DNA of 53,908 nucleotides, filler included, from Bdellovibrionales bacterium RIFOXYD12_FULL_39_22 (GTDB lineage Bacteria; Bdellovibrionota; Bacteriovoracia; Bacteriovoracales; Bacteriovoracaceae): NCBI GenBank assembly GCA_001770205.1. It is 3 parts of 3 records of this genome, joined end to end, with 100 filler letters (N's around TTAATTAATTAA, not from the genome) between each part and the next. Parts side by side here need not be neighbours in the genome. Positions count along the whole stretch, not along the records: positions 1 to 23,759 come from MEQL01000046.1; 2 more parts are not named here. One strand, 5' to 3'. Shown piece by piece: positions 7,273 to 17,452 of this stretch (position 1 is its first letter; each line of letters starts with the position of its first letter). The notes under the pieces were generated by a model. It saw only the letters and a program-made list of their open reading frames with translations, ran no database searches and was not told where the DNA came from. The position numbers and the translations under genes were made by a program.

Positions 7273-9180
7273 ATGATTGCCGTAAAAAACATTATGCTAA
7301 TTGCATTCACGATATGTGTGTATTGGTCATGCGGATTTAATTCGGAAAAAAATAATAGCAATAATAATCCCGAAAAAATGATTGATCCTGTTCGTACTGA
7401 CAAAGATGAGCAAGATGGTCTTGATTCAGATGGAGATAAAGTGCTGGATAGAGAGGAGATTGCCTTGGGGCGAAGGCCATATTTGGCAGATATTCCAAAA
7501 GTGGATGTTCGTTTTTTACAAAACTATATTATAGAAGGAAAGTTCAAGAATTTGGCCACTGGCGCAGATGAGACTATGTTAATTGACACTAAGCTTGGCC
7601 GCGATAACCCCGAGTTTAAGTATCGAGTAGGTGAGCTTTTCATTCGTAATGAAAGCTATAAAGTGGCGGCCAATGTGGGAAAGTTTTCAACTCACTCATG
7701 GGGTGAAATAGCTCCGCATGATCTCTCTTGGGTGAGCTATCCGGAAATTGACCCACAGTTTTATGCTCAGAAAGTGTTGGAAAACAAGCATCTGTTTGAC
7801 ACGACAAAATACGAGTTAAGCTCTCTGTCGATCACGCTTGAAAGTTCAGCAAAACTTCAGGGGAACAGTGGCTTTGTATGTGTGAAAAATCTTGTGGTAG
7901 ATTTTTACTATTATAACCAAGCGAGCGAGTCTTTCGAGCTTTTAAAGAGTGCCAAAGTAGAGCGAAGTTTTAACGCGGGAGTGAATGAGACCTTTGCGGT
8001 TAAAATCGAAAATGTGCCAGTAGATCTAATTGCTGAAAGTTATTTCAAGCGAGGGGAGTTTGTTATTTCTTCTGTGCGCGACTATGAGATTTCAGAACTT
8101 GAAACAACATTTTCTGAACTCCTGGCAAGCGTAAAAAATAAATCGCTACCGGTTGTTGTTAATACTCCGCTTGATACGCGTATCAGTTATGTTGGGGTAA
8201 ATGGAAATAGCGATAGCTTTCAAAGTATTTTGGAGAAAATATTCGGTGATAAAGTTAGAATTGAAAATGATGTACTGGAGAAAATTGATCAGTTTGCAAA
8301 CAATCTTCCTCCTTTTACCTACCTCCAAGAGATTTCTTCTCAAGACAAAAAAGGCCAGTGGTTTGTATTCACCAATAAGATAAATCAACACTATCTTGAT
8401 TATAAGTATGGGACAGGCGATGTTATTTCGCTTTCATATATAACGGGAACAGAGTTGGCCAATCAAAGTAGTGAGAAAATTGTTGGAGTTTACCAAAATA
8501 TTTCTGGTGATCAGGATTATGCTATTTATGGAATTGGGAATATTACACCTAATTCGCAAATTGATATTCAGATCGCACCGCTTAGGAAATGGGGAGAGAG
8601 TTTTGTAAGTGAAGATCGCGATTATCATGAGAGGCCGTGCTCTTGTGGGCGAAATTGTATTTGTGGTGTTTTTACCGTTGATTGTTTTGTAAAGGTTAAT
8701 CACTTTAATTCATATAACAATGAACTATTCTTTCAAAAAGATTTGGGGCAAGAACTAGAGCAGCTTAGTCTTTTGTTTAATAACACAGAGTTTTCGCTCA
8801 GAGAATTGGTAGAAAAACGGTTGGTGAATGTTAGCTGGACAGGGAAAAATATCCATATCGTAATTAGTGAACCCTCGCAAATAATCGAACTAAAGAACTT
8901 TAAAGAAAATGTACTATTTTTAAAATTAAAAAGTGTCTCGGCGACCACTTTTCAAGGTGCCTATATGCATAGTGTTGGAGGAAAAGACAAAAAAGTTTGC
9001 CCAGGTCTTGTTGCTAATGCATCTCGTGCTTGGGGTGAAGAAGGAGTTTACTCTGAGTCGGTGATGATTAGAGACTTTGATGCCTTTGTTAGGAGAGGAT
9101 TAAAGTTATTACCGCCAAGGCCATATTCGCAAAAGTTTTCTGTTTCAGTAAGTAGCGTAATTAATAATAAATTTAACTAA
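7273..9180 (+). CDS. Large lipoprotein with a DxDGD Ca-binding motif and binary-toxin-B/PA-like segments
   Basis: Signal peptide with Cys20 (YWSC); DSDGDKVLDREE..PYLADIPKVDV; FSELLASVKNKSLPVVVN..FQSILEKIFG; Cys-rich C-terminal part. Confidence 0.6.
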   Translation: MIAVKNIMLIAFTICVYWSCGFNSEKNNSNNNPEKMIDPVRTDKDEQDGLDSDGDKVLDREEIALGRRPYLADIPKVDVRFLQNYIIEGKFKNLATGADETMLIDTKLGRDNPEFKYRVGELFIRNESYKVAANVGKFSTHSWGEIAPHDLSWVSYPEIDPQFYAQKVLENKHLFDTTKYELSSLSITLESSAKLQGNSGFVCVKNLVVDFYYYNQASESFELLKSAKVERSFNAGVNETFAVKIENVPVDLIAESYFKRGEFVISSVRDYEISELETTFSELLASVKNKSLPVVVNTPLDTRISYVGVNGNSDSFQSILEKIFGDKVRIENDVLEKIDQFANNLPPFTYLQEISSQDKKGQWFVFTNKINQHYLDYKYGTGDVISLSYITGTELANQSSEKIVGVYQNISGDQDYAIYGIGNITPNSQIDIQIAPLRKWGESFVSEDRDYHERPCSCGRNCICGVFTVDCFVKVNHFNSYNNELFFQKDLGQELEQLSLLFNNTEFSLRELVEKRLVNVSWTGKNIHIVISEPSQIIELKNFKENVLFLKLKSVSATTFQGAYMHSVGGKDKKVCPGLVANASRAWGEEGVYSESVMIRDFDAFVRRGLKLLPPRPYSQKFSVSVSSVINNKFN

Positions 9181-9189
9181 GAGGGGAAT

Positions 9190-9507
9190 ATGAGATTGAA
9201 AAATACATTAATCGATGTCGTTGTATGGTTTTTCTGTTTTGGTTTTGCCTCAATCGGATTTACTGTTTTGCATCCACAGAATGCATACGCCTTCGATAAA
9301 CTCAAAAATGGTTTTGAGATGATGACAAATAATTATTTGCTGCCATTATCTCAAGCGGTAGGTGGGTTCTTTTTTATTCTATATATAATCTTGTCTTATT
9401 TTCGCCAGGATGAATATTTGCGTAAAGTTTCGACAGTCGCAATGCTTGGCATATTTTCAGCAGCAGGGATTAGTTTAATGGATACGCTTACAAAAAGTTT
9501 TAGCTAA
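9190..9507 (+). CDS. VirB2/TrbC-like pilin
   Basis: Signal peptide ending AYA, then two hydrophobic helices; sits before the VirB3- and VirB4-like genes. Confidence 0.65.
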   Translation: MRLKNTLIDVVVWFFCFGFASIGFTVLHPQNAYAFDKLKNGFEMMTNNYLLPLSQAVGGFFFILYIILSYFRQDEYLRKVSTVAMLGIFSAAGISLMDTLTKSFS

Positions 9508-9520
9508 AAAAAGGAGAAAT

Positions 9521-9787
9521 ATGAATAACTCAGCATTTCCGACACTGCTAAATCGGAGAGCAAGACTTTTTGCTGGAATGAGACGCAGTGATTTGATGGT
9601 GATTGGAGTCGGATACATCGTTCTATCATGGCTTCACGTTGCAGGAATCAGTGGGCTTGTGATTAATGCGATTCTTTTATTCTTATTCAAAATAGCGAAC
9701 AGTTATCTTCCTCGTGGTTTTTTTCTGCAAATATTTTCCCCAAAAGTTTTAAATTGGAGCTATCGGATGGAGGTTGCCAATGGATAA
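9521..9787 (+). CDS. VirB3/TraL-like small membrane protein
   Basis: 88 aa with two TM segments and an LPRGF motif; directly upstream of VirB4. Confidence 0.55.
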   Translation: MNNSAFPTLLNRRARLFAGMRRSDLMVIGVGYIVLSWLHVAGISGLVINAILLFLFKIANSYLPRGFFLQIFSPKVLNWSYRMEVANG

Positions 9788-11714
9788 GATAACTTTTCCT
9801 ATCGTCGAAGTTGATAAAAACCGTTTGCGAGGAATTGATGGTGCCATAAGTTATTTTTTTGAGATAACACCCATTGATCTATCACAGTTAACAGAAAAAG
9901 AGATAGAGCAGGTATTTAGAGACGTAGGAATGTTTTTAAATACCATTGATGAAAATGCCTTTTTTAAGTTCTACTCTTTAGGAGGAAAAGCGTATGTTAA
10001 CAGCTCTGTGCAAGACTTTAATCAGTTGAAGTTTGAGTTGGGGCCATCTGATAGGCCCCTTCAAACTTTCTTTGGATCAATAGATATCTTTTCAGATGTT
10101 TCAATTTTTGATGACTATCTTTTGTATAATGGGCGATATCGCAGAGTTTTGTCTGTATTAGAATTTGGGACGGATGAGATAGATCATCAATTCGTTCCTA
10201 ATGGAGTTGATTACATTCTAAATATTAAAAGGAAAAGTAGAGAAAAGGGGATTCGCGGGTTAGAGAAAATTCGCAGCTCACATCTTGCAAATTTTTTTCG
10301 GCCCAAAAGAGATGTTGAAAGCGAAGGGGCCTATCATCAAGCGGAAAATTTAATCCAAGAGTTGATGCTCGGAGCAGAATCGCTGTTTGATATTGAGTTG
10401 TTTTTTGTTTTAACTGGCCAGTCACTTGATGAGTTGAACTCAAAAACGGCCGACCTCATTGATGGGATGCGAAGTCGTGGAGTAAAGCTTTTCATTGAAG
10501 GGCAGAGCATTAAAAAATGTAAATCTGGGCTTGCTGCGATGTTTCGTGAGCTAATTCCTGGGGTAGTACCGACTCTTTTGTCGCGTGTTCATGTGGATAA
10601 AACAAGTCACCTTAAATTCCTGCTTCCACTCAATCGTAGTCATTTGATGGATAATGGTATTGCTTTTGAGGACAATGCTGGCGAGCAAATTTTCTTTGAC
10701 CCATTTAATGCATCAATTCCTAATAAGAATATGCTGGTAACAGGTGCAAGTGGAGGTGGTAAATCAGTTTTTGTAAATAAATTGATTTTTCAATTGGCCA
10801 AAAAACATCCAACCGTTATTTTAGATAAAGGAGGATCATTTAAAAGAATTACCCTCTACCACGATGGTGTAAATATTTCGGCCAAGTTCAATCCACTACA
10901 GTTTAGAGATCCACTCTATCTGAGAGAAATGGTACTTAGCGCCTGTGATAAAGAGCATTTTAATAAGCTGGAGAGAGGGCGGCTACTCAAATCAATCCGT
11001 GCGATTGTAGAAGAAAATCCTGGGCCATCTAATTTCTTTGATTTTTTAAAGCTACTAGAGTGTGATTTCCCTGGTATTTCGCTATATTTTGAGGATGTGG
11101 CAGAATATTTAAGCGATGAGAAAATTGCGGAGACACCCATCTTATATGTGGACGTTGCTGACTATCCTCAAGCAGCAATTGCACCGCTAATAATATTTAT
11201 TCTGGAGTATTTTAAAAATATCAAGAACCCAGAAAAAATATTGGTATTTGATGAATCATGGAGTTTTCTAAAACATCATGCCGATTACATAGATGATTGC
11301 TTTCGGACTTTTCGCAAGACAGGTGCTTTACCAATCGCAATTTCTCAAGGGTTAAATGACTTTGCTGGAATAGGTGGTAAATTGTACAGCTCGATTACCA
11401 ACAATAGTTTTATTAAGGTTTTCTTTCCTCAAGAGTGTATTGATGACCCAGAAGTATCTGAGTTTGACCGGAAGCAGATTAAATCACTTCGCTTTCAAAA
11501 AGGAGTTTGTAGTGAGTGCTATGTAAAAAGTGCGGACAATCGGTTCAGAAAGACAATGCGTCTCTATCTTTCACCACTTGAATTGGAGCTGTTTCATACT
11601 GAGGTCGGAGAAGATAATAACTTTTACAAATTTTATCAGGAGTATCGTCCTTTTTTTGATAGCAACAAAGAGACAATAAACTCCTATGTGAGGTTAAAAT
11701 ATGGCGAAGTTTAA
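9780..11714 (+). CDS. virB4: VirB4/TraC-family T4SS ATPase
   Basis: Walker A GASGGGKS, ILDKGGSF, Walker B VFDESW, RTFRK, ISQ, LSPLE. Start placed at ATG 9780 behind a GGAGG RBS. Confidence 0.9.
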   Translation: MDKITFPIVEVDKNRLRGIDGAISYFFEITPIDLSQLTEKEIEQVFRDVGMFLNTIDENAFFKFYSLGGKAYVNSSVQDFNQLKFELGPSDRPLQTFFGSIDIFSDVSIFDDYLLYNGRYRRVLSVLEFGTDEIDHQFVPNGVDYILNIKRKSREKGIRGLEKIRSSHLANFFRPKRDVESEGAYHQAENLIQELMLGAESLFDIELFFVLTGQSLDELNSKTADLIDGMRSRGVKLFIEGQSIKKCKSGLAAMFRELIPGVVPTLLSRVHVDKTSHLKFLLPLNRSHLMDNGIAFEDNAGEQIFFDPFNASIPNKNMLVTGASGGGKSVFVNKLIFQLAKKHPTVILDKGGSFKRITLYHDGVNISAKFNPLQFRDPLYLREMVLSACDKEHFNKLERGRLLKSIRAIVEENPGPSNFFDFLKLLECDFPGISLYFEDVAEYLSDEKIAETPILYVDVADYPQAAIAPLIIFILEYFKNIKNPEKILVFDESWSFLKHHADYIDDCFRTFRKTGALPIAISQGLNDFAGIGGKLYSSITNNSFIKVFFPQECIDDPEVSEFDRKQIKSLRFQKGVCSECYVKSADNRFRKTMRLYLSPLELELFHTEVGEDNNFYKFYQEYRPFFDSNKETINSYVRLKYGEV

Positions 11715-12384
11715 TGTTTTGCTTTTGAGTCTTGTTTTAACTATTCGTGTTTTTGCTAGTACTTTTTTTATGCCTGATAGTGATACAGCTGCACTTGTAG
11801 CGTTGGTCTCAAATACTGCCTCGACTGTTTCAAATACATTAAAGATTTTAGAAGTTGCCGAGAAAACATCCGAGCAGATTGATAAGTATAATTTTCTGGC
11901 GATGAGACGATATTTTGTTGCCAGGCGAATTGAGCAACATGTGCAGGATATTATTGAAGTAGGAAAGATGAGGCCAAAAGATCTGAATGAACTCAATCAA
12001 GCAATGATGAGATTGAAAATCAATCTACGAGGACTCAAGACAAATATAGATTACATCGCTAAAGATGTCTATGCTGCCGATGATTTTACCGCGCGCTATT
12101 GGGATAAAGTGTCAAACTCGATGGGGGATGAAAAAGAGTCTGAACAACAAGAGATTATGAGTGCTGATGAAGGACAGATGAGTAAGCACGTGCAAAATAC
12201 AGCGATGAATACTGCACTTTCCGCAAATATCTTGGCCAAAACAAGACGCGATAATATCGAATATCAAAAAATCGATATAGCGCTGAAAAAAGATGCAGCA
12301 CTTGAGCGATTAAGAAGCGAAGTTTTTTATCGAGATTGGCTAGGTATTAACAATGATCTTGGCCCATTGCAGGAAACGTTATGA
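11701..12384 (+). CDS. Secreted helical T4SS protein (VirB5/TrbJ-like)
   Basis: Signal peptide and coiled-coil character; lies between VirB4 and the VirB6-like gene. Confidence 0.5.
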   Translation: MAKFNVLLLSLVLTIRVFASTFFMPDSDTAALVALVSNTASTVSNTLKILEVAEKTSEQIDKYNFLAMRRYFVARRIEQHVQDIIEVGKMRPKDLNELNQAMMRLKINLRGLKTNIDYIAKDVYAADDFTARYWDKVSNSMGDEKESEQQEIMSADEGQMSKHVQNTAMNTALSANILAKTRRDNIEYQKIDIALKKDAALERLRSEVFYRDWLGINNDLGPLQETL

Positions 12385-13754
12385 TTTCTGCCAATGTGAT
12401 GAAGGATTTACTCTTGATTCAAAGTTTTTCTTTGGAAGGCCTCGTTGAGGATTATCGGACATTCTTTATAGGGATCTTACCAGGAATTTTTGCAATGAGT
12501 TGCCTGGTAGAATATTTCGACAGGATGGAGGTAGCGCAACTATTAAAGCGGGCAATAGTTGCAGTCTTGATTTTAACTTCTGTAGCAAGCTTCTATAAAG
12601 TAAGTATTGATTATTCATTAGATGCTGCAAGTGAGAAGTTGGCCGATCAGCAAGAGAAAAATATTTTGCTGATGGATATGTTTGAAGCAGTTAATCACTG
12701 GAATAAATTGCAAAGTGAAAACAGTAGTAAAGGTTTTTATGAACAAAATAATATCCTTTGGGGAACGGTTGCGTTTTTAAAATACCACCTGTTCGATAAG
12801 TTCATTAACGACGGATTTACGTTAACGGTATTTTTCATCACTAACATTTGTCTGGTCATTCTAAAGGTTGTCTACTCGCTAGTTTACTATCTTGGTTACG
12901 GGCTGGTGGGGATGTCAGTAATTATCTATATGTTCCCAACGATGGGCAATGTTTTGCGAGGATGGATAATTAGTTATCTATGGTGCTTAATAGTTCCTCA
13001 TGTGTTGGTTTTTGTTTTATCCATGATTGGCTCGGAAATAAACAAAGGATATGTCGCGGGCCAGGTTATCGGTGGATCAATAATGGGTACGGCCTTACTG
13101 TTCGTTTTAGCACTATTAGTCGCATTTACTCCGATCATTTCGATGATGATTCTAAATGGCAGTGGACTAGCTCAGGCGGGGGGAATTGTTGCAACCTTAG
13201 GTGCTAATTATGTAATGGGACTTCCAAAGCAAGCTGTCAATTCTGCGGCGGTTATTATGTCCGGAGGAAGACTCGGCCCTAAAATGAAACTTGCTTCAGC
13301 AGGAATTTCACAAATCGGATCAAAGTTATCTCAAGGAGCTGGCCTATTTAAAAGATCTCAAGGGATGAATCATTCGTTATCATCAGCATTTTCTAATAGC
13401 AGTAACAATAAATCTAAACAGATGGGAATAAAGTCAGAAAGCACCAAAAACAGTAGTAATACTTCCAGCGATAAGAATGTGCAGCATAAAAGAGGCCAGA
13501 CATTTACTGCAAATACTTCGCGTTCTGATGCCAAAAACGAGCAGTCAAAAGCTGTCTCCAGTGTATCAACAAGTGATTTAGCAAGAAGAAGGAATCAACT
13601 TTCGAGTCAGAAAAGTGCAGTGACACATAATTCAGTAAGACGAAATTTATCAAATGGTGAGAATGAGTCGCCATCATTAAACGCAAGAAGGAGGGAATAT
13701 GGCCCAGTTTCAAAGTATGGACAAAGAAATTTCAGGCCTAAAAGGCCTACTTAA
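12381..13754 (+). CDS. VirB6/TrbL-like polytopic membrane protein
   Basis: Multiple TM helices followed by a Gly/Ser-rich disordered tail. Confidence 0.65.
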   Translation: MISANVMKDLLLIQSFSLEGLVEDYRTFFIGILPGIFAMSCLVEYFDRMEVAQLLKRAIVAVLILTSVASFYKVSIDYSLDAASEKLADQQEKNILLMDMFEAVNHWNKLQSENSSKGFYEQNNILWGTVAFLKYHLFDKFINDGFTLTVFFITNICLVILKVVYSLVYYLGYGLVGMSVIIYMFPTMGNVLRGWIISYLWCLIVPHVLVFVLSMIGSEINKGYVAGQVIGGSIMGTALLFVLALLVAFTPIISMMILNGSGLAQAGGIVATLGANYVMGLPKQAVNSAAVIMSGGRLGPKMKLASAGISQIGSKLSQGAGLFKRSQGMNHSLSSAFSNSSNNKSKQMGIKSESTKNSSNTSSDKNVQHKRGQTFTANTSRSDAKNEQSKAVSSVSTSDLARRRNQLSSQKSAVTHNSVRRNLSNGENESPSLNARRREYGPVSKYGQRNFRPKRPT

Positions 13755-14139
13755 GTTGTACGGGTTTGGCGGGATTGGGTTGAATGGAATTATTTTAATT
13801 ATCTCTGCCTGGATTCACTTGGGAGCAAATAGTGGGCAGATATATTCACCGATGGAAGCCTGTTATTATGGGATGAGTTCAATAATTAACAATAATCCAG
13901 ATCAAGAGCAAATTAATCAGAAGGTGATAGAAGAGCTTGATAAAAATAAAATTTTGTTTGCGGTTGAAGGTATTACGCTGGTAAAACAACTTGATGATTA
14001 CAGTTGTGATGTCGTAACCAAAGATTCTCAAGGTTACAGAAGTTTTCAAGTTGGGCTAGAAAAAAATAGTCGCTTTAAACATCTTTATAAAATTCTAGAA
14101 GTAACAGAAAAACAGATAGAGTCGAGGTACCAGCGATGA
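13699..14139 (+). CDS. Bitopic T4SS protein (VirB8-like position)
   Basis: One N-terminal TM helix and a small periplasmic domain; AGGAGG RBS. Confidence 0.45.
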   Translation: MAQFQSMDKEISGLKGLLKLYGFGGIGLNGIILIISAWIHLGANSGQIYSPMEACYYGMSSIINNNPDQEQINQKVIEELDKNKILFAVEGITLVKQLDDYSCDVVTKDSQGYRSFQVGLEKNSRFKHLYKILEVTEKQIESRYQR

Positions 14140-14621
14140 TCTACTATATTTTTAAACACCAGATTTTTACTGTATTTCTTTCGCTTTCGCATCTGACGGC
14201 GATAACTTTTTCCGATCGTGTTACTGATTATGTGGGAGGAATGGACGCTGATTTTAAAATTTATGAGTTGAACAAAGGGAGAAGCCTTGTTTTTGAACCA
14301 AAGCGCAAAGAAGTTGATAGAAACTTTCTCGTCTTTTTAAAAGATGGGAAATATCACTTCAATATCAAGTATGCCGATGATTTTTCCAATAAGGATATTG
14401 AAATCCAAGAGGCCAAGGCATGTGATCTTTTTGAATTGATAGAAGAGAAAAACGAATATCAGCTTTTTGCGTGTCCTAAGTCGATGCTCTTTGTGAACAA
14501 GCTCAAAACGCCTGTTAGAGTTAATGAACAAAATATTGATGGTAATAGCAGAGTCTATCTTTCAAAAGGGCCCCCAATATATTTAGAGGGAAAGATGATT
14601 TATTACGGGAGGCCACTGTGA
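14136..14621 (+). CDS. Secreted T4SS protein (VirB9-like position)
   Basis: Signal peptide and beta-rich sequence (SLVFEPK..NFLVF...KYHFNI). Confidence 0.45.
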   Translation: MIYYIFKHQIFTVFLSLSHLTAITFSDRVTDYVGGMDADFKIYELNKGRSLVFEPKRKEVDRNFLVFLKDGKYHFNIKYADDFSNKDIEIQEAKACDLFELIEEKNEYQLFACPKSMLFVNKLKTPVRVNEQNIDGNSRVYLSKGPPIYLEGKMIYYGRPL

Positions 14622-15415
14622 AAAAAATTGTATTATGTCTTTTACCAATTGTTGTGCTGGCCGAATTCAATGAACTTCCACCAGCGACAAAATACCAATA
14701 CAAAGAAGATGTAGGAGCGGAGATTCCCAGGGCTCACAGCAACAAGGTTGTGGTAACCAAAATAAAATCGTCAATGAACATGGCGATCTCTGATCTTTTG
14801 GCCAGTGATAGGAAGATTGAAGAATTATTAGAACGCCAAGAAAAAAACTTAATTGTTCGAGCATCAAAAGACCGAATCAAGTCACTTACTCGTGTCAGAG
14901 GGGTAGTTCTAAATTCTATTTTAGCAATGAATATTCGGCCAACGGCATTTGTGGTGAAAATTCATAGTGAGGTTGATGCTATCGGAGATGGGGAGCTTAG
15001 ATGTTCTGGCATAAACTTTCAAAAACGAATTCCAGCTAAATGTGACCTTCTCGTCACAGAAGATAGCGAATTTGAAGTGGATGTTAATGTTTGGGATGTC
15101 GATGGTGCAGAAGGAATAATTGCTGACTATTTTTATTCAGGGGAAGAGAAGACATTTCTGACAAGTGGACTTGCGGCATTTTTTGAGGGGGCACTAGATG
15201 CAACCAAAGAGCGACTGCAAACGCCGTTTGGAGAGACTGCAAAAAACAACGGAAAGAATAAAGTTCTTAGTGGCCTAACCAATGTTGCTGGAAACGTAGG
15301 AGAACTTATTAAGAGTTCGGGTGAACAAGATTTAAGCATTGCATACGTTAACGCAGGAAAGGAGGTGCTGCTATTTTTTAATCAGGGTTTGGATTTAACA
15401 AAGGAGGACAAGTGA
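14618..15415 (+). CDS. VirB10/TrbI (TraM-like) core-complex protein
   Basis: VRGVVLNSI, DVDGAEGI, a helical antenna region, and C-terminal YVNAGKEVLLFF. Confidence 0.7.
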   Translation: MKKIVLCLLPIVVLAEFNELPPATKYQYKEDVGAEIPRAHSNKVVVTKIKSSMNMAISDLLASDRKIEELLERQEKNLIVRASKDRIKSLTRVRGVVLNSILAMNIRPTAFVVKIHSEVDAIGDGELRCSGINFQKRIPAKCDLLVTEDSEFEVDVNVWDVDGAEGIIADYFYSGEEKTFLTSGLAAFFEGALDATKERLQTPFGETAKNNGKNKVLSGLTNVAGNVGELIKSSGEQDLSIAYVNAGKEVLLFFNQGLDLTKEDK

Positions 15416-15945
15416 GAGTAAGTACGGTCGTATTTGTTTTGTTATTAGTATCTTGCTCAACTTTAAAGAAGACCATCATCTACAGTGCTCTGTCCGGAGG
15501 AATGGTCGGCGCTACTTCTGGAGCAATTTTAAGTCCAGATAAGCCAAGCCAAGGAGCTAATGCAGTAGTATTTGGTTTAATTGGTGCTGGAGTAGCGGCA
15601 CTAGCAGGATACGCTCTTTATCAGGATGATCCTAGAAATTATAAGCTTAATAGCATGCTATTACCTGAAGAGAAGCGCCCTTTGCCAGATGAAGTTGATA
15701 TCGGGCTCGGAAATATTAACATCCAGGCCAAACTACAAGAGCAAGAGGGATATAAAGTTCCACTTGGTGAACTTCCAGACAAATTGAAGGGGAAGGTAAA
15801 GCAACAGTATCTCATTAAATATCAGTCAAAGGAGCGCTATGTAACTAATGGCAGTCGGACATTTTATATTCCATCCTTTGAAGTTTATGAGCATAGCTAT
15901 GACGAAAAACTGGAGGGAGCAAATGTCGGCCAAGAAAAAGAATGA
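15412..15945 (+). CDS. Glycine-zipper lipoprotein
   Basis: Lipobox LVSC; GG..GA..GA glycine-zipper helices. Confidence 0.65.
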   Translation: MRVSTVVFVLLLVSCSTLKKTIIYSALSGGMVGATSGAILSPDKPSQGANAVVFGLIGAGVAALAGYALYQDDPRNYKLNSMLLPEEKRPLPDEVDIGLGNINIQAKLQEQEGYKVPLGELPDKLKGKVKQQYLIKYQSKERYVTNGSRTFYIPSFEVYEHSYDEKLEGANVGQEKE

Positions 15946-17452
15946 TGAGTCTGTTTTAGGGGATGTTCTTCTTCCGTTGATGGAGCTTACAACTTTATTG
16001 ATCATGCAACTCATGAAGTTGGTCAGCAACGGAATATTTTGGATGATCAACAGATACATTTTCAAAAGGGAGGCCACAATGGAACCAAAAAAGATTGAGC
16101 GCAAAGATCTAAATAGTAGCAAAGTTACGATAAAAGATGATGAGATCGGCCATTCAATAACAAATAGAAAAGGAGTTAAGAATCTCGAGTTGAATAAAAG
16201 GTTACACACGGCAATTGTTGGCGCAAGTGGATCCGGGAAAACAGCTCTCCTAGATGTTTTAATGCTGGCAGATATGATGTTGGGAACGCCAGTAGTGATC
16301 ATAGATCCAAAAGGTGATAATGGAGCATTAGAAAACTTCATTGCACTTTGTCGGCTTTCAGGAAGAGAGTTTTGTATTTTTTCTGAGCATTATAGTGGGC
16401 ATGGGGCTATATCACTTAATCCAGTAAAGGATGGTAGCGTAACCAATATTGCTGATCGCATTCATCACTCTTTTACGTGGTCTGAAGAGCACTATGAGTT
16501 GCTTTGTTATGATGCCCTAAAAGAAGCTATTTCGCTTCTTAAAATGTCGAAAGAGGAGTTATCCCTGACTTCAATCCATCGGAAGCTTCTGCAAATATCA
16601 GAAGTGCAGGGCGAGATAAAAGCACGACATGACCGTAAAAATATTCAAGGCATCATCACTCGCATAAAGAACTTAATAGATTCGGATTTTGGGCCAAAGC
16701 TTTCTGGCGCCGAAGCTCTTTCGTTTTCACAATTGCGTGGTAGTAACAAATGTGTCTACATTGGTCTTTCAGTATTGGGTTATGCTGAGGTAGCACGCAG
16801 CCTTGGAAAAATTATTTTGGGTGATCTGGCCTATTCAGTCTATGACACCTATAAGACAATTTCTTTGGAAAAACACTTTCAATTAACACCGCTTGGTATT
16901 TATATTGATGAGCTTTCGGCGGTAATAACCGACGAGTTCATTGAAATATTAAACAAGTGCCGTGGGGCCAAAGTCGAGATCACGTTCGCGTTTCAATCAC
17001 CAAGTGATATTTCAAAGGTTGATCCTAATCTTTGTGTTCAGATTCTAGAGAATGCATCCAACTGGTTTATCTTTAAACAGCGCATGGAAGAGGGGGCCGC
17101 ATTGTTTGCGGAGGCCATTGGTACAATTACCAGCAAGAAACAAACAAAGCGAGTTCAGGATGGGGAAGAAGTAGATCAGGGATCACAACGAGAAGTTGAA
17201 GAACTGATAGCTCACCACAACATCATCAAAAATTTAAAAGTAGGACAATGCGTTTTGCTAAGGCATTCTCCCACAAGAGTGGATCTTCTAAATGTAAAAT
17301 ATCTCGACCCTTTAAAAATTAAAGAGTCGGTCAGTTGGTTAGAAGAGTCTGGGGCAATTGATAAATTATCAAAAGCTTCCCAAAAAAATTCAAGTGAGAA
17401 ATCTCCTGCAAAGCGTGATGATACCGTCTCATTAGGTGGAACATTGGTATGA
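15923..17452 (+). CDS. Type IV coupling protein (VirD4/TraD family)
   Basis: N-terminal TM, HTAIVGASGSGKT, IIDPKGD, IYIDEL, FQSPSD. Start placed at ATG 15923 after GGAGGGAG. Confidence 0.9.
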   Translation: MSAKKKNDESVLGDVLLPLMELTTLLIMQLMKLVSNGIFWMINRYIFKREATMEPKKIERKDLNSSKVTIKDDEIGHSITNRKGVKNLELNKRLHTAIVGASGSGKTALLDVLMLADMMLGTPVVIIDPKGDNGALENFIALCRLSGREFCIFSEHYSGHGAISLNPVKDGSVTNIADRIHHSFTWSEEHYELLCYDALKEAISLLKMSKEELSLTSIHRKLLQISEVQGEIKARHDRKNIQGIITRIKNLIDSDFGPKLSGAEALSFSQLRGSNKCVYIGLSVLGYAEVARSLGKIILGDLAYSVYDTYKTISLEKHFQLTPLGIYIDELSAVITDEFIEILNKCRGAKVEITFAFQSPSDISKVDPNLCVQILENASNWFIFKQRMEEGAALFAEAIGTITSKKQTKRVQDGEEVDQGSQREVEELIAHHNIIKNLKVGQCVLLRHSPTRVDLLNVKYLDPLKIKESVSWLEESGAIDKLSKASQKNSSEKSPAKRDDTVSLGGTLV

